A stretch of DNA of 64,000 nucleotides from an uncultured Desulfurococcales archaeon (GTDB lineage Archaea > Thermoproteota > Thermoprotei_A > EX4484-217-1). A program made the position numbers and the translations under genes. The notes under the pieces are model-generated. The model saw only the letters and a program-made list of their open reading frames with translations. It did no database searches and was not told where the DNA came from. Below, one piece after another: positions 58,083-64,000 of the stretch (positions are counted from its first letter, which is position 1; the number at the start of each line of letters is the position of its first letter). The stretch is taken from the NCBI GenBank assembly GCA_964496035.1, contig CAZBXI010000001.1, forward strand, positions 1,126 to 65,125, written 5' to 3'.

Positions 58083-58657
58083 AGTATTTGACCAATAATA
58101 TACGTTAGCAACGCTACAAGCATCCCTCCTCCAGTATATAAGAATGCAGTTTTTATTCTCTCCCTCCTGGAGGTAATAAAACCGGTAAACGCTAGTGTAC
58201 TCAAAGCCAAAATGATACCTGCAACCGCGTTAATAGGATACGGTAAGGTAAAGAATAGTGTCGCTGGAATTAAGCCTCCGAGAAGCGTTGAAGCGCCTGC
58301 CGCAAACACTCTTACACGTACTTTAAAAGCAGTCTTCTCTGATATTACAGTCCCCCTTAAGCTCCTTAGTAAATGCCTTTCAAGAACATAGAGTCTAGCT
58401 TCTTCAAACGATCTTTCCGCAAAATATGCTCCATAAGAGTTTGTTAAAGCTGCAGTTACTACTCCTCCAATCCATGCTTTAACAGCCTCCTGAACAGAGA
58501 AACTAAGCGTAACCAGCAGAATTCCAAGAGCGAAAAGTACACCATCACTCATACCTAAAATAATGTATCTTAAAACTTCATGCCGTAGCTTACGTTCTAG
58601 CTTGAGGGGGTTGAGCAGATTCAATAATTTTTTCACCAACAACAACTTGGTCGACAC
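58079..58657 (-). CDS. multi-TM membrane protein, possibly VIT1/CCC1 family
   Basis: GMSDGVLFALGILLV resembles the VIT GxxDG motif, and there are 4-5 TM helices. The start is uncertain because of a 68-bp overlap with the upstream ORF. Confidence 0.45.
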   Translation of the reverse strand: MSTKLLLVKKLLNLLNPLKLERKLRHEVLRYIILGMSDGVLFALGILLVTLSFSVQEAVKAWIGGVVTAALTNSYGAYFAERSFEEARLYVLERHLLRSLRGTVISEKTAFKVRVRVFAAGASTLLGGLIPATLFFTLPYPINAVAGIILALSTLAFTGFITSRRERIKTAFLYTGGGMLVALLTYIIGQIL

Positions 58658-58916
58658 TATGAATTACGGCCCCTACTCTTGTTAGTTCTTTTTCAATATC
58701 ATCAAAATTTATATCTTCACCCTCAATGGTAATGATTAGACCCATAGTTTCAACGTCAACCTCGTTTACAGTAACGTTTACAGCAGATACCCCCTTAACC
58801 CTAGCTAACGCCTTAGCAACATCGACAACTGAAGGCTCTTTCAATGGCTTTAAAACATCGAGAACAAGTCTTCTAATTTTAACTCTACCTGTTTTACTCA
58901 TATACTCCTGCTTCAC
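58590..58916 (-). CDS. hypothetical small soluble protein (possibly DUF211-like)
   Basis: 108-aa ORF. Confidence 0.35.
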   Translation of the reverse strand: MKQEYMSKTGRVKIRRLVLDVLKPLKEPSVVDVAKALARVKGVSAVNVTVNEVDVETMGLIITIEGEDINFDDIEKELTRVGAVIHSVDQVVVGEKIIESAQPPQART

Positions 58917-59003
58917 CCTCCGCTATAACTACTATAGTAAACTCTTTTCCTTATAAACATTAATAAAAATAAGAACATAAGACATTTATGTGAATTTAAA
59001 ACT

Positions 59004-59474
59004 GTGGAGATAGGAGTGTATTCGATGGCTCTGGACGAGCTAGATAAGAAAATAATAAATGCACTCATTGAAAACCCCAGAATAACGTATAGGAAGTTAG
59101 CTAAAAGTTTAGGTGTCTCGGTAGGCACCGTGTATAATCGAGTGAAGAAGCTAATGAGCCGAGGCATTATAAGAGACTTCACAGTACAGGTTGACTTTTC
59201 AAAGGTAGGATACGACGTAACAGCTTTAATACTAGTTAAGGTTGATGGAAAACATATAATAGACGTTGAACGCGAAGTAGCCAGATACCCTAATGTATGT
59301 GCAGTTTACGATGTTACCGGAGAATTTGATGTAATAGTTGTTGCGAAATTTAGAAATATAGGAGAATTAAACAAGTTTATCAAGAATTTACTTGCAAAAC
59401 CGTACGTTCTAAGCACCAATACAAGTATAGCATTAAATGTGGTGAAAGAAAACTTTAAACTCAAAATACCTTAA
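59004..59474 (+). CDS. lrp: Lrp/AsnC-family transcriptional regulator
   Basis: HTH DKKIINALIENPRITYRKLAKSLGVSVGTVYNRVKKL, and a C-terminal RAM domain. Confidence 0.85.
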   Translation: MEIGVYSMALDELDKKIINALIENPRITYRKLAKSLGVSVGTVYNRVKKLMSRGIIRDFTVQVDFSKVGYDVTALILVKVDGKHIIDVEREVARYPNVCAVYDVTGEFDVIVVAKFRNIGELNKFIKNLLAKPYVLSTNTSIALNVVKENFKLKIP

Positions 59475-59477
59475 GGG

Positions 59478-59723
59478 GTGTTAGCAATGAAGAAACATAG
59501 ACCATTAGTTAAAACACCTAGGCTAATAAGTAAAGGGAAAACAACGCCAAAATGGAGAAAAGGAAGAGGGTTTAGCTTACCTGAACTTAAAGAGGCAGGT
59601 ATAACGCTTGATGTAGCGAAAAAACTGAGGATATACGTCGATAAGAGACGAAGATCAAAACATAAGGAAAACGTTGAATATTTAAAGAAACTTCTTGAGG
59701 AATTCAGTAAAGCTAAAAGCTAA
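59478..59723 (+). CDS. rpl13e: 50S ribosomal protein L13e
   Basis: RKGRGFSLPELKEAGI...VDKRRRSKHKENVEYLKKL matches the L13e signature (GRGFSL...D.RR...ENV..LK). Confidence 0.65.
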   Translation: MLAMKKHRPLVKTPRLISKGKTTPKWRKGRGFSLPELKEAGITLDVAKKLRIYVDKRRRSKHKENVEYLKKLLEEFSKAKS

Positions 59724-59737
59724 TTATAACTCAGCTA

Positions 59738-60001
59738 CTACTTGCTACAACAGAGAACACATATCAGTCTAACAGGGTCTAATTGCCTAGAACATTTTTC
59801 ACAAACTATTCTACCGCACTTAATACATGAACCTAAGGCTAAATATTCTCCACATATTTCGCATAAACTTTCTTTACAAACAATGCATATTCCATCATTA
59901 AGGCTAAAATGCTCTGAACAAACTCTTCTTCCACATATTTTACAGGCATGTATAGCCTCCATTTCCTCACATATCTCGCATTTAACGTTCTTGTCTTCCA
60001 A
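59738..60001 (-). CDS. multi-zinc-ribbon Cys-rich small protein (19 Cys in 87 aa)
   Basis: Three tandem CxxC...CxxC...C modules (CEIC...CKIC...C, CIVC...CEIC, CIKC...CEKC). Confidence 0.45.
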   Translation of the reverse strand: MEDKNVKCEICEEMEAIHACKICGRRVCSEHFSLNDGICIVCKESLCEICGEYLALGSCIKCGRIVCEKCSRQLDPVRLICVLCCSK

Positions 60002-60116
60002 CCCATACCACCAAGGACTTCTTAATTAAATAACATAGACAGGTAAAAATATCCCCTATGTCCATATATTCCATAGCTATTTAAAGCCCTATGTTATCTA
60101 TATTAAGGGTTAAAAA

Positions 60117-60722
60117 ATGAGTTCCTCGGAGTACAGCGTATACGTAGAACATGAATATTTAGCAAGGGTATTGCCTGTAATTCTCATAGTTGTATATTCC
60201 AGCACCTTACTCTTCGGCGTATCATTAGCTGTTACAAATCCCGCATATGCTCATGAAGTTCTTGAGCCAGCTATTAGAAGTATCGAAGAGAGCCCCTTAA
60301 CGAAGTTATGTCAAGAAGCTTCAAAATTATGGTTTAGTGAAAAAACTCTTGAAGCTACCTTACTCATTGTTGTTATAGGTTTTCTCAGGACTTTGTCAGA
60401 ACTTATAACAGCTTTGTTGCCACCATATGTTGCGTTTACATACTTCATAGAAGGTTTATTCATAGGCACTTCGGAGTACATGGAGAGATTGTTTTTAGTA
60501 ATGTATATACCAGTAACAGTGGGTGATCTAATATCGATATCCCTTATTGAGAGCGGTCTGTTTCAAATATTGCTTTCAAAAACGAAGAATAGGCCTCTAG
60601 GAAATATAAGTGTTGTATTGATAATTACGGGTATCATAGGTGTCTTTGTGGCGAGCTACTTAGCAACCATTTCATCATGTATTATTGAAGGAATACTTTT
60701 AAGCCATAAACCAGGTTTTTAA
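60117..60722 (+). CDS. membrane protein, hypothetical
   Basis: 4-5 hydrophobic helices. Confidence 0.35.
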   Translation: MSSSEYSVYVEHEYLARVLPVILIVVYSSTLLFGVSLAVTNPAYAHEVLEPAIRSIEESPLTKLCQEASKLWFSEKTLEATLLIVVIGFLRTLSELITALLPPYVAFTYFIEGLFIGTSEYMERLFLVMYIPVTVGDLISISLIESGLFQILLSKTKNRPLGNISVVLIITGIIGVFVASYLATISSCIIEGILLSHKPGF

Positions 60723-61881
60723 TGTTCTTAGTAGATAAAACGGTATTTAAAATGTTAAGTATTGAACGAGGTCTTCCAAGAATAACGTTTTTCAACAACT
60801 TTTCATGGTAATCATAGTCGACGTACTTTATTTCAACATTTTCACCAATAGACTTGAGCACATCTTCTTTCTCCTTTAACGTCAGTTCGTGAAACACTTG
60901 AGAAAGTAGCCCCTGTATTTTCAGTCTTAATCTTAATTTTAATGTTTCTTCTTCATACTTGCTAAATAAATACTCTACATCTTCAAACTTCGCATTAATG
61001 ATGTTGGCTAGTTTTCTCCCAAATAATGCGTGTACATATAAACCACCGCCAGTTAGTGGTTTTACATGTAAGGCTGCATCACCGATCATTACAACTCTTT
61101 TGTAATGATCTTTCCAGCGCGGAGGAGTTTTCAATACTATGCCTCCAAAAGGTTTTCCTTTCTCTTTCACGTGAACTATTCCTTTAGCGCATAGAAAGCT
61201 AATAAAAGAATTTAAGGTGTTCAGGCTAATGTTCTCTCCACCTATCCCTATTCTTACATGTTTTTCATCTAATGGAACTATCCATCCAAAAAACCCTTTA
61301 GCATAATTATCAGAAAACACCACTGTAAACTCGTCTACATGCTGTGTTTTTCCTACACAGTCCATTTGAATACCATAAACTCTAGCCTTTTTCCTATCAT
61401 TTTTAAATATTTGCCTTCTTATTCTATGGATAGCTCCTTCAGCATTCACTATAATATTGCCGTAAACAATTTTGCCGTTATCTAATCGTATGCAGGGTTT
61501 AAGGGTTCCTATGCTCATTACCCTATGAGCGAAATGAAACTCAAACTTGTCCCGAACATTGTAGAATAATTCTTTCAAATACCTTGTTCTGTCTAAAACA
61601 TATACAGGATTACTCGGAATTATTTCTACTTTAGCTCCCGTTTCTGTCATGATACATAATCTTTTAAACTTATTAACTACGCTTTTACGAGCCGCTTTAC
61701 CTACAATATTTAGTACTCTCTGACTCACTATCCCCGTGCAATGCCTTTTCATTCCTATGCCACTCTGTTCTTCAAAAACTGATACATCAAAGTGTTCTTT
61801 AAGGAAATTTAAGAATGATAGCGCAGCAGAACCGGCACCTACAACGATGATATCGTAATGTTTCCTCATAAAATTCCACAT
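60682..61881 (-). CDS. geranylgeranyl-reductase-family FAD-dependent oxidoreductase (second paralog)
   Basis: Rossmann YDIIVVGAGSAALS, and a GD-type motif (MIGDAALHVKPLTGGG). Confidence 0.65.
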   Translation of the reverse strand: MWNFMRKHYDIIVVGAGSAALSFLNFLKEHFDVSVFEEQSGIGMKRHCTGIVSQRVLNIVGKAARKSVVNKFKRLCIMTETGAKVEIIPSNPVYVLDRTRYLKELFYNVRDKFEFHFAHRVMSIGTLKPCIRLDNGKIVYGNIIVNAEGAIHRIRRQIFKNDRKKARVYGIQMDCVGKTQHVDEFTVVFSDNYAKGFFGWIVPLDEKHVRIGIGGENISLNTLNSFISFLCAKGIVHVKEKGKPFGGIVLKTPPRWKDHYKRVVMIGDAALHVKPLTGGGLYVHALFGRKLANIINAKFEDVEYLFSKYEEETLKLRLRLKIQGLLSQVFHELTLKEKEDVLKSIGENVEIKYVDYDYHEKLLKNVILGRPRSILNILNTVLSTKNIKNLVYGLKVFLQ

Positions 61882-61905
61882 GATATTTAAGATAGGTTAC
61901 GTTTA

Positions 61906-62376
61906 ATGTATTTTTACCTAAGAGTTAATACTGGGTGGTATATTGTGTCTGAGAATATTAAGCCTTTTAGAAAACTTATACATGTAAATGCTTGTTCACG
62001 TATGATACGGAAACTTAAAAAGATACTTATTTACGGTACATGTCTGAGAGATGAACATCCAGAAATTTTAGAAAAATTTTCTACAGATCGTGTTCCTTTG
62101 GCGGTATGTTTAGAAGAAGAACACATGAACATGGTTGGTTTTAAATTAGCTACAATGATGAAGACTTGCAAGCCTAATGAGATAGTTGTGTTAACAGTAG
62201 ACGGTAGTCCTCATTGTGTGCAATTACATATGATGGTTGAAGAATGCCTGAAGCTCGTTCCAGAGGTTACAGTTAAACACTACGTGGTACATAAGGGGGA
62301 TGTAATAGAAGTTTCTTCTAAGGTAGTTAAAACATCACGCTATTTAAGCAAGGTTAAGAAGCTTCTGGGAGAGTAA
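61906..62376 (+). CDS. hypothetical protein
   Basis: 156-aa ORF with several Cys. Confidence 0.3.
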   Translation: MYFYLRVNTGWYIVSENIKPFRKLIHVNACSRMIRKLKKILIYGTCLRDEHPEILEKFSTDRVPLAVCLEEEHMNMVGFKLATMMKTCKPNEIVVLTVDGSPHCVQLHMMVEECLKLVPEVTVKHYVVHKGDVIEVSSKVVKTSRYLSKVKKLLGE

Positions 62377-62401
62377 GTTAGCTCAAAAAACAATGAGCTC
62401 A

Positions 62402-62427
62402 ATGAGTATTGGTAAAGTAATACTCAT
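62402..62427. terminator. 9-bp stem / 8-nt loop hairpin between convergent genes, overlapping the speH stop codon
   Basis: atgagtatt (62402-62410) pairs with aatactcat (62419-62427). Confidence 0.3.
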
Positions 62428-62810
62428 CCCCGATATGAGCGGTCAACATAGCCTCTAATGACTTTTTTAGCTTTTAGACTTGAAGCTATGTAATGGAATG
62501 CTGCTTCAGGATCTGTATGTTCTCCGCAAGAGTAAACATCAACTGTTGCAAAGCTAAATTCAGGCCAAGTATGTACGGCTATATGGCTTTCAAGAACTAT
62601 AGCAACTATGCTTACTCCATCGCCGATTTTCCAGGATTTAACATCAAGCAATGTCATATTGCCTATTTTCGTAGCCTCTACAACTATATCCTTCAGCATT
62701 ACTTCATTTCTAAGGAGCTCAGTATCACATTCATAAAGCTCTCCATAAACATGTTTGCCAATAACCTTCGGCACAGAGACTCTTCTTTGCAAAGCTACGA
62801 GTTCCGTCAT
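62424..62810 (-). CDS. speH: pyruvoyl-dependent S-adenosylmethionine decarboxylase proenzyme family (SpeH; in Crenarchaeota a paralog acts as arginine decarboxylase)
   Basis: The [13 protein letters not shown] self-cleavage site context (Ser to pyruvoyl), and YGELYECD. Confidence 0.8.
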   Translation of the reverse strand: MTELVALQRRVSVPKVIGKHVYGELYECDTELLRNEVMLKDIVVEATKIGNMTLLDVKSWKIGDGVSIVAIVLESHIAVHTWPEFSFATVDVYSCGEHTDPEAAFHYIASSLKAKKVIRGYVDRSYRG

Positions 62811-62830
62811 CGCCCCCTAACACCCCCCTC

Positions 62831-63409
62831 TTGGGGGATTACCCCCCTATAACATTTAAAGTTTACCCTCAAAGAAATGTGAGAATAGAATATAAGCAAA
62901 ACCCGCACTCCATAAGTCTAGGTGGATACATAATGGCTATGCCCGGATTTCAAATAGTAAGATATGTAAAGGACATTATCAGCAAAGATCAGCTACAACC
63001 AGCAGGAGTAGATTTAACAGTAAGTAAGATCTTTGAGTTAAAATCGCGCGGATATTTAGGTGTTAATCGTAGAGAGATTTCTGATGTTCAAGAAGTTCCT
63101 AAGAGAAACGGAAAATGGTATTTAGGCAAGGGAGTATACAAAGTTCTAATTAATGAAATAATACATGTGCCAGAGAATGCTATAGGCATATGTTTTCCTA
63201 GATCATCACTTCTAAGGATGGGTGTAGATGTAAGATGCGCACTTTGGGACCCTGGATATTATGGTAGAAGTGAAATACTACTAGTTGTCCATAATGGGCA
63301 TGGTGTTGTTATTGAAGAAAACGCTAGAATAGCGCAAATCGTTTTCATAAGACTAACGGAAAAACCTCATAAACTGTACTCAGGCATTTACAAAGGCGAA
63401 AACGTATGA
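62831..63409 (+). CDS. dCTP deaminase / dUTPase-family protein
   Basis: PAGVDLTV...RSSLLRMGV...DPGYYGR...IAQIVF matches the trimeric dUTPase/dCTP deaminase fold motifs. Confidence 0.65.
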   Translation: MGDYPPITFKVYPQRNVRIEYKQNPHSISLGGYIMAMPGFQIVRYVKDIISKDQLQPAGVDLTVSKIFELKSRGYLGVNRREISDVQEVPKRNGKWYLGKGVYKVLINEIIHVPENAIGICFPRSSLLRMGVDVRCALWDPGYYGRSEILLVVHNGHGVVIEENARIAQIVFIRLTEKPHKLYSGIYKGENV

Positions 63410-64000
63410 TAGACCTTAACGAAGAACACATAGTTAGAGTATGTGAGAGCTTAAGGTTTATCAAGATACCTCTAGACGACTTTACAAACCCTAATTATTA
63501 CCCGGTAAAAGGTAGCTTAGAGGATACAGCAAGGTATTTCGTATTCATGGTGGCCATAGATCATAGAACAAGCTATAAAGGTGTAAGTTACGAGGAAACT
63601 ATTAATGGCAAATTGTATCATGGCGCAGACTTACTTTATAAATTGGGTGCTATGAAGTATGAAGAAGATCCAGAATTTTTCTCGCCACGAAACATGGCAA
63701 AAATAACTGTAAAAGACGTTAAAGCGTGGCTAAACCATGGTAAAGCAAGAATATGGGATATAGGAGTAAGAACAATGCTTCTTAGGGATCTAGGACTTAA
63801 ACTAATAAGATTATACAATGGCAAGGTATTAAATCTCATAGCTGAAAGTAAAGGGTATTTAAAGAAGATGAATAGAGGATTAATAAATTCACTAAAAACG
63901 TTTAAAGCTTATGAAGACCCCGTTGAAAAGAAAGCCTATCTACTGGTAAAATTTCTTGAAAGAAGGAAAATAATGCAAATAAAGGATCAAGAGCATATTG
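63406..64000 (+). CDS. hypothetical protein, 3' partial (runs off the window end; absent from the ORF track)
   Basis: The ATG overlaps the upstream stop (ATGA). The frame is open for 198 codons to the window end (MIDLNEEHIVRVCESLRF...). Confidence 0.4.
   Translation, partial: MIDLNEEHIVRVCESLRFIKIPLDDFTNPNYYPVKGSLEDTARYFVFMVAIDHRTSYKGVSYEETINGKLYHGADLLYKLGAMKYEEDPEFFSPRNMAKITVKDVKAWLNHGKARIWDIGVRTMLLRDLGLKLIRLYNGKVLNLIAESKGYLKKMNRGLINSLKTFKAYEDPVEKKAYLLVKFLERRKIMQIKDQEHI

Noticed and set aside
1-64000. CRISPR array or cas genes
   Set aside because: No regularly spaced direct repeats and no Cas-like proteins were seen while reading the sequence.

Overview
AT-rich (about 35-38% GC) chromosomal segment of a hyperthermophilic crenarchaeon, probably Sulfolobales or Desulfurococcales. 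Lineage markers are reverse gyrase, Alba, XPB, PCNA, PriL, GatCAB and archaeal ribosomal protein L13e. About 70 protein genes are densely packed on both strands and are mostly housekeeping. Accessory content: (1) a four-gene cluster at 41.4-45.3 kb matching the Ced crenarchaeal DNA-import architecture (two 2-TM small proteins, a polytopic membrane protein, and a membrane-anchored HerA/VirB4-like ATPase). Upstream of it lie a zinc-ribbon gene and a CopG/RHH gene. A second membrane-anchored HerA/FtsK-like ATPase is divergently paired with an Lhr helicase at 33.3-38.0 kb. (2) An operon of a hexapeptide acyltransferase with a Zn-ribbon/PUA-like/PAPS-reductase/2x[4Fe-4S] fusion protein. (3) A nucleoside-salvage cluster resembling the pentose-bisphosphate pathway (uridine phosphorylase, two eIF-2B-like isomerases, PfkB kinase, amidohydrolase). 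(4) A wyosine tRNA-modification cluster (Taw2, Taw3, PhoH-KH, Trbp111-like). (5) A lipid/envelope pair (processive GT2 and geranylgeranyl reductase). I did not see a CRISPR array, rRNA, convincing tRNA, integrase or transposase. The sequence-level findings the ORF track does not explain are six candidate C/D-box sRNAs with the canonical C-D'-C'-D architecture, several hairpins and palindromes at gene ends, and a uridine phosphorylase gene whose conserved N-terminus is encoded without any ATG/GTG/TTG start. All calls are based on reading motifs in the translated ORFs and the DNA. I ran no database searches.
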